In this document: piece after piece, positions 1 through 8,227 of the stretch
Layout: each line of letters begins with the position of its first letter
Numbering within the stretch: position 1 is the stretch's first letter
DNA from: a virus
Length of the DNA: 50,996 bases
IMG/VR virus record: IMGVR_UViG_3300032030_000120
Reading direction: 5' to 3' (one strand)
Position numbers and translations under genes: made by a program
Notes under the pieces: generated by a model
What the model saw: only the letters and a program-made list of their open reading frames with translations
What the model was told of the DNA's origin: nothing
The model's database searches: none

Positions 1-127
1 AAGGAGATAACGATGGCTAAGGGAGATGTCCTTTTCGAAGGAAGAATGATGGGTATGGAGACGGCATACCGGATAGTTTTAGAGGCTGAAGGAGAACATT
101 CTCCTGCTGCGCAGGCACTCCGCAAGG
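1..127. repeat. Terminal direct repeat. Bases 1-127 are identical to 50870-50996, a contig-end overlap that indicates a circular or circularly permuted genome.
   Basis: Both ends read aaggagataacgatggctaagggagatgtcc...gcaggcactccgcaagg. The unique length is therefore 50869 bp. Confidence 0.95.
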
Positions 128-441
128 AGATCCGTCTCAGGACAACGATGAAAATCAATGTGGGAGCAACGGAGAGGGAGTTGCAGAAGGCAAGTTTTAC
201 GATTAAGGAGTTCACGATACATTCAGTGCTTGCAGCGTCAATGATTACTCTCTGGGAAGAGTACAACTTCGGGCGGGTACGTCTTGAGAGGTTCCTTAAG
301 GAGTTTGAGATCAATGTCAGGGCTTTGATCGAGGGCTCTATTACATGGCTGGATATACTGGACTGCCTGGAATCAGAGACCGGCATCAAGCTCGAAATGC
401 CGCAGGAACTGCTTGATCAGGGGGCGAATAATTATGCGTGA
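13..441 (+). CDS. Hypothetical early protein (142 aa)
   Basis: ORF with AAGGAG RBS at 1-6. Its start overlaps the stop of the replication-organizer gene across the circular junction. No recognisable motif. Confidence 0.7.
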   Translation: MAKGDVLFEGRMMGMETAYRIVLEAEGEHSPAAQALRKEIRLRTTMKINVGATERELQKASFTIKEFTIHSVLAASMITLWEEYNFGRVRLERFLKEFEINVRALIEGSITWLDILDCLESETGIKLEMPQELLDQGANNYA

Positions 442-450
442 GGTGCGGTG

Positions 451-1605
451 ATGGGTAAAAGTGTATTTGAGATGATGGAAGAGAACAACGTCGAGGAAAA
501 GAAGGCGGCGTTCCTCCAGAAACAGCGGTGCTTATCATATTCGATGAAAGTCCGCTATGCCGAGAATCTTGTAAGAGAGTATATCAAAGAGGCAAGAGAG
601 AAAGGATATAACACGCATGTAAGCGTTGGCGGACTCGATTCTATTACACTGTCGTACTTCATCAGAGATCATTGCGGATTTCATGACGTCGAGCTTATCA
701 GCTGTTCAGGATTGGAAGACAGGAGCATCCAATATGTGCACCGGCTTATGGGTGTAACAAGACTGACGCCTGCAAAGCATACAGACGGGCCGAGAGAAGG
801 CAAGCCATGGACAAAGATGGAGATACTCCAGGAGTATGGATTCCCTGTCCTGAGTAAGGAAATAGCCGGGAAAATCGAATTGCTTGAAAATCCATCTGAG
901 GATAACAAAACGGTCAGGCATGCCATCATCACCGGGGAAACAGGCGAATATGGCGGATGGCAGAAAAACAGCCGGATGAAGCTATCACAGAGATGGTTGG
1001 AGCTGTTTGGCGGATATGAAAACGAGAACGAGGGGACGAATTACGGAAAGCCGGACAATTTCAAGGTGAGCCAGAAATGCTGTTACTACCTGAAGGAGAA
1101 GCCCTGCGACGATTGGGCGAAGGAGCACAATTCCGTGCCGTTCCTCGGCATGATGGCTTCCGAGGGAGGACGCAGAGCAAAAAGCCTCATGATGCACGGT
1201 TGTAATTATTGGGGGAAGTCAACAATCAGGAGCTGTCCTTTTGCAATTTTCTACAGACAGGACCTTCTGCAACTGGCTCTTGATTTGAATGTACCAGTAC
1301 CTGAGATTTACGGCACGATAGAGCGCAGATCAGACGGAACGCTCTACACGACCAAGGCACAGAGGACAGGATGCACCATGTGTGGATTTGGCATCCACAT
1401 CGAAAAGAGACCGCATCGTTTTGACCTTCTCAAAGAGAAAAACCCGAAGGAATGGGATTTCTGGATGTACAAATGCTGCAAGGATCCGGACGGCACTCCT
1501 TACGGATGGGCGAGAGTGCTTGACTATATCGGGGTGGAATACGGAGACCTGATCAATGCAGGTCAGATACCGGGCCAAATGTCAATCAATGACTTTTTGA
1601 ATTAG
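451..1605 (+). CDS. PAPS-reductase-family PP-loop ATP-pyrophosphatase-like protein (phage type)
   Basis: PP-loop-like motif HVSVGGLDSITLSYF. Cys-rich C-terminal part (CCYYLKEKPC ... TGCTMCGFG), as in phage PAPS-reductase-like proteins. ATG at 451 is preferred over GTG at 448, with a GAGGTG RBS. Confidence 0.75.
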   Translation: MGKSVFEMMEENNVEEKKAAFLQKQRCLSYSMKVRYAENLVREYIKEAREKGYNTHVSVGGLDSITLSYFIRDHCGFHDVELISCSGLEDRSIQYVHRLMGVTRLTPAKHTDGPREGKPWTKMEILQEYGFPVLSKEIAGKIELLENPSEDNKTVRHAIITGETGEYGGWQKNSRMKLSQRWLELFGGYENENEGTNYGKPDNFKVSQKCCYYLKEKPCDDWAKEHNSVPFLGMMASEGGRRAKSLMMHGCNYWGKSTIRSCPFAIFYRQDLLQLALDLNVPVPEIYGTIERRSDGTLYTTKAQRTGCTMCGFGIHIEKRPHRFDLLKEKNPKEWDFWMYKCCKDPDGTPYGWARVLDYIGVEYGDLINAGQIPGQMSINDFLN

Positions 1606-1616
1606 GAGGTACATAA

Positions 1617-1910
1617 GTGATCACATACAGGGTAAAGACCAGATGCAAGAACGTCGAAGGAACTATTCATTCGATTGATATCTTCCGGACAGCGCGGGAG
1701 ACCATCGCATTCCTTGACAAGCACTGGAAAGGAATGTTCTGCAAGGCAGATTACCGGACCATTCTCAATATGAGACCGTCTGAATTCCTCAGCGTAAGAG
1801 ATGGAGGCAAGAGCGTGAGCATTCACTGCTACAAGAGGGAGTGCGATGCTGATGCATTTAGCTCCGATGAATATGCTCGGCTCTATCCGGAGGAAGAACA
1901 GTATGAGTAA
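1617..1910 (+). CDS. Hypothetical protein (GTG start)
   Basis: AGGAGG RBS 8 nt upstream of GTG at 1617. Tight packing with neighbours. Confidence 0.55.
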   Translation: MITYRVKTRCKNVEGTIHSIDIFRTARETIAFLDKHWKGMFCKADYRTILNMRPSEFLSVRDGGKSVSIHCYKRECDADAFSSDEYARLYPEEEQYE

Positions 1911-2124
1911 TTTTTATAACGCTGAAGGATACCGCGACCCGACAGCCTGCGAGGCTATAAAGAATGTAACACAGAAGACGAGAATGCCGAAAGACCTGAG
2001 AAAAGCATGCGTAATATGTCAGGCTATCTTCGCTCTGATCAACAAGGACATCACCGTCCAATATATCCAGGTGCGCGATTCGCGGTATGGAAGAATCTAT
2101 GAATGGGAGGGAAAGAATTTATGA
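1903..2124 (+). CDS. Small hypothetical protein with N-terminal NAEGYRDPTA motif
   Basis: Internal ATG at 1903 overlaps the upstream stop (ATGAGTAA). This motif is common in small Firmicutes prophage proteins of unknown function. Confidence 0.55.
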   Translation: MSNFYNAEGYRDPTACEAIKNVTQKTRMPKDLRKACVICQAIFALINKDITVQYIQVRDSRYGRIYEWEGKNL

Positions 2125-2315
2125 TGGCTGCTGCAAATGCAAATGATGTTAGAGTGACTCTCATTATCCTTGTTATTGCCACGATTATCGATGTGGCACT
2201 TATCATCTATCATGTAAGAAAGCACGCGGCAGAAAAGCTGTGGGATGATGACGAGTACGAAGATGATGATATTAGTTTCGGGGACGATGACGATCCTTGG
2301 GAGGTTTGGGACTGA
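2121..2315 (+). CDS. Small single-pass membrane protein with a strongly acidic tail
   Basis: Hydrophobic segment VTLIILVIATIIDVALIIY followed by DDDEYEDDDISFGDDDDPWEVWD. GGGAGGG RBS. The start overlaps the upstream stop. Confidence 0.6.
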   Translation: MMAAANANDVRVTLIILVIATIIDVALIIYHVRKHAAEKLWDDDEYEDDDISFGDDDDPWEVWD

Positions 2316-4057
2316 TGCGGGACGGACTGATTATTGACATGTTTGCCGGTGGTGGCGGCGCTTCCGTAGGCATAGAGCTTGCACTTGGGAGGTCTCCGGA
2401 TATTGCAGTCAATCACGATCCTGCTGCAATACTGATGCATAAGACAAATCATCCTTATACGCTTCACCTTACCGAGGATGTATTCGAGGTCGACCTGCTC
2501 AAATACACAAAGGGTAAGCATGTAGCTCTTATGTGGGCTTCTCCGGACTGCACACAGTTCAGTAAGGCTAAGGGCGGAAAGCCCCGAGAGAGCGGGATAC
2601 GGATGCTTCCATGGGCGGTTTACAAACATGCAAAGGCAGTTCATCCCGATGTAATCATCATGGAGAATGTCGAGGAGATACAGCAATGGGGACCGCTTGA
2701 CGAGAAAGGGCATCCCATCAAAGAACAGGCCGGCGAGGAATATCAGCGCTTCATAGCTGCAATCAAAAGCCTGGGATACATATTTGATTGCAGGGAGCTT
2801 GTGGCAGCGGATTACGGGGCTCCGACGACCCGCAAGAGATGGTATGCCATCTTCCGATGCGACGGGCAGCCTATAGTCTGGCCATCGCAGACACACAGCA
2901 AGGACGGAGCTGTTCCAGGGACGGAACCATGGGAGCCAATCTGGAAGTACCTAGATCTGTTGGACTTCGGGAAATCCATTTTCGGGCGAAAGAAACCCCT
3001 CGCAGAAAAGACCATGAAACGGATCGCAGCCGGACTCGACAAGTTTGTTTTCAGAAATCCAGAACCGTTCATCGTGACGGTGAATCATGGTGGCGAGAAG
3101 TTCCGAGGCCAGAGCATACATGAGCCGTTGTCAACGATTACTTCAAAACATGGATATGGTGTCGTAACACCGGTTCTCGCCCCTTACATGATGCGCAATA
3201 ATCATGGAGCCCCGGGAGGCAATGCAAAATCACCGCTCCTGACAATTACAACAGGTGGGCACCATGGTCTTATCACTCCGGTCTTGAGCCCATTCATTGA
3301 TAAGGCATATGCGGGAAATTATAAAGGATGCGGAAGTAAGTCAGATGAACCGTTGTCGACGGTAACAACTGTAGACCATAACAGACTGGTTACCCCCATC
3401 CTGATTCAGTATCATTCCGAAACAACAAAGGACCCGAGGGGACAGTATGTTACCGAACCAATCAAGACCATTGATACGAGCAACAGATATGCGATGGTAT
3501 CCGCATTCCTGACGAAGTTCTACAAGTCAGGAACTGGGCAGGAAATTAGGGAACCGCTTCACACAATCACAACCTCGCCGGGGCATTTTGGACAGGTATC
3601 AATCTTGGCGGTCGAATGGGAGCAGCTCAAGAAATCCGGTATCGATGAGGAGACAGCCCAGAAATGCACATGGGTCTCGCAGTTCATCATGGAGTATTAC
3701 GGCTGCGGCACTGGCCAGACGTTGGATGAGCCGCTTCACACGGTGGTCACGAAGGACAGGTTTGCACTGATCACAATCCTTGGCAGTGAATACTGCATCG
3801 TGGATATCTTTTTGAGGATGTTGTCACCGGAAGAACTGAAGCTCGCTCAGGGATTTCCGAAAGACTACATCATTGACCGCGATTACCGATGGAAGCCTTA
3901 CCCGAAGAGCGCACAGGTGGCGCGGATCGGCAACAGCGTAGTGCCTATAGTTGCCAGGGCAATCGTTGAGGCGAACTGCTCAGAGATAAAAGTCGGAGAA
4001 CGTCAGCCGAGGCTGAGCGTTACAGTAGAAAGCAATGGACAGATAGCATTTGCATAA
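2315..4057 (+). CDS. DNA (cytosine-5) methyltransferase with an expanded, internally repeated target-recognition region
   Basis: Motif I DMFAGGGG, motif IV SPDCTQFS, motif VI MENVEE, motif VIII GAPTTRKRWY, motif X GNSVVP. Six tandem EP(L/I)xT(I/V)(T/D)(T/S)...h(L/V)(V/I)TP modules lie between motifs VIII and IX/X. ATG at 2315 overlaps the upstream TGA (TGATG). Confidence 0.88.
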   Translation: MRDGLIIDMFAGGGGASVGIELALGRSPDIAVNHDPAAILMHKTNHPYTLHLTEDVFEVDLLKYTKGKHVALMWASPDCTQFSKAKGGKPRESGIRMLPWAVYKHAKAVHPDVIIMENVEEIQQWGPLDEKGHPIKEQAGEEYQRFIAAIKSLGYIFDCRELVAADYGAPTTRKRWYAIFRCDGQPIVWPSQTHSKDGAVPGTEPWEPIWKYLDLLDFGKSIFGRKKPLAEKTMKRIAAGLDKFVFRNPEPFIVTVNHGGEKFRGQSIHEPLSTITSKHGYGVVTPVLAPYMMRNNHGAPGGNAKSPLLTITTGGHHGLITPVLSPFIDKAYAGNYKGCGSKSDEPLSTVTTVDHNRLVTPILIQYHSETTKDPRGQYVTEPIKTIDTSNRYAMVSAFLTKFYKSGTGQEIREPLHTITTSPGHFGQVSILAVEWEQLKKSGIDEETAQKCTWVSQFIMEYYGCGTGQTLDEPLHTVVTKDRFALITILGSEYCIVDIFLRMLSPEELKLAQGFPKDYIIDRDYRWKPYPKSAQVARIGNSVVPIVARAIVEANCSEIKVGERQPRLSVTVESNGQIAFA

Positions 4058-4073
4058 TGTGAAAGGAGAATAG

Positions 4074-4823
4074 ATGAAACTGGAACATAAATTTACGGAA
4101 GCTGAAAGGAAGTGGATGGACGCGATTGCGGTGAATTATATCATCGGGCAGTCGGATGGTTACCAGCTCGGTTATGCACAGGCAGTGAGAGACTTCACGG
4201 AATACATAACAGATTACTGGAACGCCAGCGATGATAAGCCACAGCAGAGCGTACTCGATGCGATTGTTGACTTAGGCGTGGAGCTTGGTACGCGCAAGCA
4301 AATAGCAGAGGATAATGTCAGGTTAGCTAAAGAAGAGGGCTATGATCAATTCTATGCATGGCAAATCAAGAAGAAAGATGTTCCTTTCGTCCAGCCGATT
4401 AGCCTGTTTACAAAGCAACTTGATCTTAACGAGGAAAATGTACAGACTGAGCAGAAAAATGACCATGTTGAACCGGAAAGTGCTCAAATCGTACAGGTAA
4501 ATGCTCAGGATGAGCAGGAAAGTGCTCAGATTGAACTGGAAAGTGATCACATTGAATCCGTCTATGAATCCAGCAGTGAGGACGCAGCGATTCAGCCGGA
4601 TCCGGAGCAGGATGCACCAAAAGAAGTTTCTCCGGCTAAAGGTTATGGCAAGTGGGCTGAATATATGGGTAAAGCACTTTCAACATTAGAGCAGAACTTG
4701 ATCATCAAAGGGATGACCGAAGAGGGCTATTCCCTTAGTCAGATAGCGAAGGTTGTACGGCTGTCTCAGCCATCCATTTGTAACAGAAAAAAGAAAATGA
4801 AGGAGGCAGGTGAATTAGCATGA
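4074..4823 (+). CDS. Hypothetical protein with C-terminal helix-turn-helix (putative DNA-binding regulator)
   Basis: C-terminus EGYSLSQIAKVVRLSQPSICNRKKK resembles a sigma-70 region-4/resolvase-type HTH. Internal acidic repeat (P/L)ESAQI. AAGGAG RBS. Confidence 0.6.
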   Translation: MKLEHKFTEAERKWMDAIAVNYIIGQSDGYQLGYAQAVRDFTEYITDYWNASDDKPQQSVLDAIVDLGVELGTRKQIAEDNVRLAKEEGYDQFYAWQIKKKDVPFVQPISLFTKQLDLNEENVQTEQKNDHVEPESAQIVQVNAQDEQESAQIELESDHIESVYESSSEDAAIQPDPEQDAPKEVSPAKGYGKWAEYMGKALSTLEQNLIIKGMTEEGYSLSQIAKVVRLSQPSICNRKKKMKEAGELA

Positions 4824-5344
4824 AAAAAGCACTCACAGCAATAGTTTTGATTATCGCTCTGGTAATGGTCATAGCGCTTCCGGTGGAAGCTGACACGAAG
4901 TATATCGAGAAGCAGTTTGTCTTCGGGAGCTATGCCCCGCAGATCCACATCATCAATGCAGGACTTGGGACGGCGCTTGAAGTCAATCCGGACGGATCAC
5001 TTTCGTGGCGGAAGCTCAGAAACAATAATGATTACAACGATGTCACACAGTCTTTTCTGATCATTCCGGCAGGAAGCGGATATTACAGGATTGAGGAGAT
5101 GCTTCCGATGGGCGGCCATAATCCGCGGGTGCTTACATATAAGCCGGGAGAGGGATTCTTTATGGAGTGGCCGGCGAACGGCAAAATATCGGATACGCAG
5201 AAGTTCCGCCTCAAGTGGTACAGCTCCACGACATGCGGAGGAAGAACAATAAAGAACTGTTGGCGGCTTGTCTGCAAGAAGGACAATGTCGCATTCTGCA
5301 AGTCGGGCTGGGGTACAGTTAAGCTTTTGCAGATGAATGCGTAA
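4820..5344 (+). CDS. Secreted or membrane-anchored protein, possibly beta-trefoil/lectin-like
   Basis: N-terminal signal-like segment MKKALTAIVLIIALVMVIALPVEA. The mature part is Trp/Cys-containing (SWRKL, RLKWY). The lectin assignment is only a guess. Confidence 0.55.
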   Translation: MKKALTAIVLIIALVMVIALPVEADTKYIEKQFVFGSYAPQIHIINAGLGTALEVNPDGSLSWRKLRNNNDYNDVTQSFLIIPAGSGYYRIEEMLPMGGHNPRVLTYKPGEGFFMEWPANGKISDTQKFRLKWYSSTTCGGRTIKNCWRLVCKKDNVAFCKSGWGTVKLLQMNA

Positions 5345-5355
5345 GGAGGCAAATC

Positions 5356-5589
5356 ATGGACAGCGGTAATTTGATCTGCACGATGCATGAGGAGATTCTT
5401 GGTATTTGCAGGGAGCAGCTTGAGGAGCTGCCGGAAGTATCTGCAGAATACTGCGGAGTTTGTCAGGCGTTCCGTGACATCATGGAAGTGGCCGAGAAGG
5501 CCAAGGACGCCGGTGAGAGGATGGAGAACAGGCTTTTTCAGTATAGTACGGCTGTCAAGTCGTTAGGATTTGAGAGGGTAAGAGAATGA
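5356..5589 (+). CDS. Hypothetical protein (77 aa)
   Basis: AAGGAGG RBS; packed in the early operon. Confidence 0.55.
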   Translation: MDSGNLICTMHEEILGICREQLEELPEVSAEYCGVCQAFRDIMEVAEKAKDAGERMENRLFQYSTAVKSLGFERVRE

Positions 5590-5762
5590 TATACAAAACG
5601 AAAGACGGGATTGCATTTGATGTGCTTCCGTATAACGCACGTTGTGCATGCGAGGGCGTCCATCCTGACGTGTTGAGCGAATGCCCGATGCATAATTTTG
5701 ACGATGATGGAGATTTATGCGTACCGGAACTGTGCGACTACTACGATGAGGTGACGGAATGA
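5586..5762 (+). CDS. Small Cys-rich hypothetical protein (58 aa), ends in DEVTE
   Basis: ATGA start/stop coupling with the upstream gene. Hand translation gives MIYKTKDGIAFDVLPYNARCACEG...DEVTE. Below the ORF-track cutoff. Confidence 0.4.
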   Translation: MIYKTKDGIAFDVLPYNARCACEGVHPDVLSECPMHNFDDDGDLCVPELCDYYDEVTE

Positions 5763-5893
5763 GTGCATACACCCTCAGCAAAATCCGTGAAAAGAAATAC
5801 CGTGAGCGTCACGCAAGAAGACAAGCACGGAAAGATGCGTTTATACGCGAGAACGGAAAGAGAAATCGAAGAAGGGCAGGTGATGAGGAATGA
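5759..5893 (+). CDS. Small basic hypothetical protein (44 aa)
   Basis: ATGA coupling at both ends. Translation is MSAYTLSKIREKKYRERHARRQARK... Confidence 0.35.
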   Translation: MSAYTLSKIREKKYRERHARRQARKDAFIRENGKRNRRRAGDEE

Positions 5894-6132
5894 TAGCAAT
5901 TAAGTTATCGGACAAAGTTATGGCCCGCATGCCGCAATACTGTGATGATTGCTATTACTATGGCACCTTGCCGCATCCCTATAAAGGGTGGACGGAAGTT
6001 TGCGAGCTGTGCAAACAGTGTATGGACGACGATCAGGAGGAAGGCTGGGTATACGACGGCAACGGTAGACCGGCAAATTGCCCGCTGGTGGAGGTACCAA
6101 ACAAGCAGGAGAAAGATGAGGTGACGGAATGA
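5890..6132 (+). CDS. Small Cys-rich (zinc-finger-like) protein, ends in DEVTE
   Basis: CDDCYYYG...CELCKQC. Shares its 3' junction sequence with 5586..5762. Confidence 0.55.
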   Translation: MIAIKLSDKVMARMPQYCDDCYYYGTLPHPYKGWTEVCELCKQCMDDDQEEGWVYDGNGRPANCPLVEVPNKQEKDEVTE

Positions 6133-6233
6133 GCATCGACACACTCAGCATGTTAGTCGGAGTAGGAATATTCACTTTCGGTCTGCTGATCGGATGGAGC
6201 ATGAGCGAAGATAAGCGGAAAAGAGGTGATTAA
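6129..6233 (+). CDS. Very small membrane peptide (34 aa)
   Basis: ATGA coupling. Translation MSIDTLSMLVGVGIFTFGLLIGWSMSEDKRKRGD contains one TM segment. Confidence 0.35.
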   Translation: MSIDTLSMLVGVGIFTFGLLIGWSMSEDKRKRGD

Positions 6234-6455
6234 ATGAGCATGACACTTGAAGAAGCGATTATCCATGCCGAAGAGGTAGTTGATCGGTGCGAGGTTACGG
6301 ACGGGGATCGGGCGTGTGCTGAAGCGCACAGACAGCTTGCGGAATGGCTGAAGGAACTAAAGGCTGTGAAAGACCTTATAAAGCAACACGATGAAGATAG
6401 TATACCAGAAGATTTCTGGTATATTGATAAAATCAGAGAGGCGGTACATGAATGA
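6234..6455 (+). CDS. Small hypothetical protein, member of the MTLEEAI...WLKELK paralog family
   Basis: MSMTLEEAIIHAEE...AEWLKELKAV; similar to the next two ORFs. Confidence 0.6.
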   Translation: MSMTLEEAIIHAEEVVDRCEVTDGDRACAEAHRQLAEWLKELKAVKDLIKQHDEDSIPEDFWYIDKIREAVHE

Positions 6456-6757
6456 CGCTTGAAGAAGCTATCGAACATGTCGAAAAGATATATAAAGAAA
6501 ATCGTAGCGGGTGGTTATATGCACTCAAACGTGGCGAGACTAAATATGCAGAGCGATGCAAGAAAAGCATGGATACGTTAGAACAGATTGTGAAATGGCT
6601 GAAGGAATTGCAGGCATGGCGAAAAGCATATGATGATTGCGTCAACACCGACTATGAATCCATTGATGATTCAGTGAGAAGATTGACTATTATCGGACAA
6701 GTAGTAAATGTGAGGAATGTATTTGCAGATATAAGGAGAACCGATGATAACGATTGA
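6452..6757 (+). CDS. Small hypothetical protein, paralog of 6234..6455
   Basis: MTLEEAIEHVEK...VKWLKELQAW. ATGA coupling. Confidence 0.6.
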   Translation: MTLEEAIEHVEKIYKENRSGWLYALKRGETKYAERCKKSMDTLEQIVKWLKELQAWRKAYDDCVNTDYESIDDSVRRLTIIGQVVNVRNVFADIRRTDDND

Positions 6758-7040
6758 TGATATGATAAATCGTTTTGACGGTAGCATTGGATATGCTACC
6801 AATAGCGAAGAAATATGCCAATATATTGCCGATTTGCTCAAAGAACTGAAAGAGCGCAGGAAGGCGCCAGAGATTGTCCACTGTGGAGATTGCAAGCATT
6901 ACAAAATCGACCATCCGAGAGCAAACGGCTATCACTGTTGCTTTCGGTGTCATAATATTTTCCCAATGAAGGAAGATGATTTTTGCAGTCGTGCAGAAAG
7001 GAGAACCGATGATAAAACCAATAAAGGTTCATCCCGTTAA
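6744..7040 (+). CDS. Small hypothetical protein (related LLKELKE motif, Cys/His-rich C-terminus)
   Basis: ADLLKELKERRKAPEIVHCGDCKHYK...CCFRCH. Preceded by the conserved AAGGAGAACCGATGATAA junction. Confidence 0.55.
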   Translation: MITIDDMINRFDGSIGYATNSEEICQYIADLLKELKERRKAPEIVHCGDCKHYKIDHPRANGYHCCFRCHNIFPMKEDDFCSRAERRTDDKTNKGSSR

Positions 7041-7308
7041 ATCCACATCAATAATATTGTGGGGTGATGATGGAAACAAGGAACACACGCTAATCAAGGC
7101 AAAAAACTGTGAAGGCTCTGTTATTTCGTTTGATAAGCGTCAGATATGGGAAGTATATCCATACAAAAGAAATAGTTGTGATACGGAGTATTGCGGTGCG
7201 TGTAAACGTAAAGGGATGTATATCAGGCTTATGCCGAATGATTTTAAGCGGATATTTGGAACAGATATATTAGACAGGGCGGAAAGGAGCCCCGATGGAA
7301 CGAGATGA
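7009..7308 (+). CDS. Hypothetical protein (99 aa)
   Basis: Internal ATG at 7009 is preceded by the same AAGGAGAACCGATGATAA junction seen at 6733. Confidence 0.5.
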   Translation: MIKPIKVHPVKSTSIILWGDDGNKEHTLIKAKNCEGSVISFDKRQIWEVYPYKRNSCDTEYCGACKRKGMYIRLMPNDFKRIFGTDILDRAERSPDGTR

Positions 7309-7915
7309 ATTTATGGACTTAGTCGGTGCTGATTATGTTGACGAGTATGATAAAGCACAACTTTCTCAGGAAGACGCAACTATTGTTGCGAAATCCAAAA
7401 GGACATTTGTTGAACTGCTTGTACATTATCCACATCCGGATGTTTGCACGTATCCGGAGTACAAGGGCAAACCGTACTACTCGATTAAATACATCGAAGA
7501 CGGCGAATGCTTTGTAGGCTTTGGAACTTATAAGCCGGAAGTGCTGTCGCAGTACCTAAGAGATTATTTTATGCCATCCGCACAGCTCGAAGAACGCACG
7601 GAGAAACGCACGGAAACACGCGCGTGCGATTTAATTTCAAGACAGGCGGCGATTGATGCGATAGAACAGTTAGTCATACCGGAAGATATGTGTGTATTTG
7701 AGATACTGAGCCACATTGAATTAGCAATTGGGACGTTGCCGCCCGCACAGCCAGAGCCGAAGACAGCCCTGTGGATTATCCGTAAGTGGGGTGACGATGC
7801 CAAATGTTCTAATTGCGGTCATACATTCAGGGACGTCTACGACATGGACAATCACGACAGGTTTTGTAGATTTTGCGGAAGAAGGATGATCGGAGTAAAA
7901 GGAGAGACAACATGA
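7295..7915 (+). CDS. Hypothetical protein with C-terminal zinc ribbon
   Basis: CSNCGH...CRFCGRRM at the C-terminus. Confidence 0.6.
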   Translation: MERDEFMDLVGADYVDEYDKAQLSQEDATIVAKSKRTFVELLVHYPHPDVCTYPEYKGKPYYSIKYIEDGECFVGFGTYKPEVLSQYLRDYFMPSAQLEERTEKRTETRACDLISRQAAIDAIEQLVIPEDMCVFEILSHIELAIGTLPPAQPEPKTALWIIRKWGDDAKCSNCGHTFRDVYDMDNHDRFCRFCGRRMIGVKGETT

Positions 7916-8091
7916 ACAGTGACGGGACACTGGACAGAGACCAGATGAAGAAAGTAGGGAAACTCAATCCTTATCTCAGAGACAAATGTGGAGTACCTTT
8001 CTCGGAGGCTTTTCCGATGGCAATGCTCATTGTGGAGAACTGGGAAGGAATCAAGAACATCGTAGAACAGGGGGACAGACAGGATGATTAA
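7912..8091 (+). CDS. Small hypothetical protein
   Basis: ATGA coupling to the upstream stop. GGAGAG RBS. Confidence 0.5.
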   Translation: MNSDGTLDRDQMKKVGKLNPYLRDKCGVPFSEAFPMAMLIVENWEGIKNIVEQGDRQDD

Positions 8092-8227
8092 GATACTGGT
8101 TATATTAGCTGTGGTTGTTTTGGTGATTATCATGTTTGGTGCAATTCTTGCGGTATGCACCGATGACGAATACTACGAAGAGGATGCATTCGACTATGAC
8201 GCATGGTGGGAGGAAAGAGAAAAATGA
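8084..8227 (+). CDS. Small single-pass membrane protein with acidic tail (47 aa)
   Basis: Hand translation MIKILVILAVVVLVIIMFGAILAVCTDDEYYEEDAFDYDAWWEEREK. Same architecture as 2121..2315. Confidence 0.4.
   Translation: MIKILVILAVVVLVIIMFGAILAVCTDDEYYEEDAFDYDAWWEEREK

Noticed and set aside
2210-2896. 228-aa minus-strand ORF overlapping the methyltransferase 5' region
   Set aside because: It is antisense to a gene with complete C5-methyltransferase motifs. No RBS, and a low-complexity Ser-rich C-terminus.
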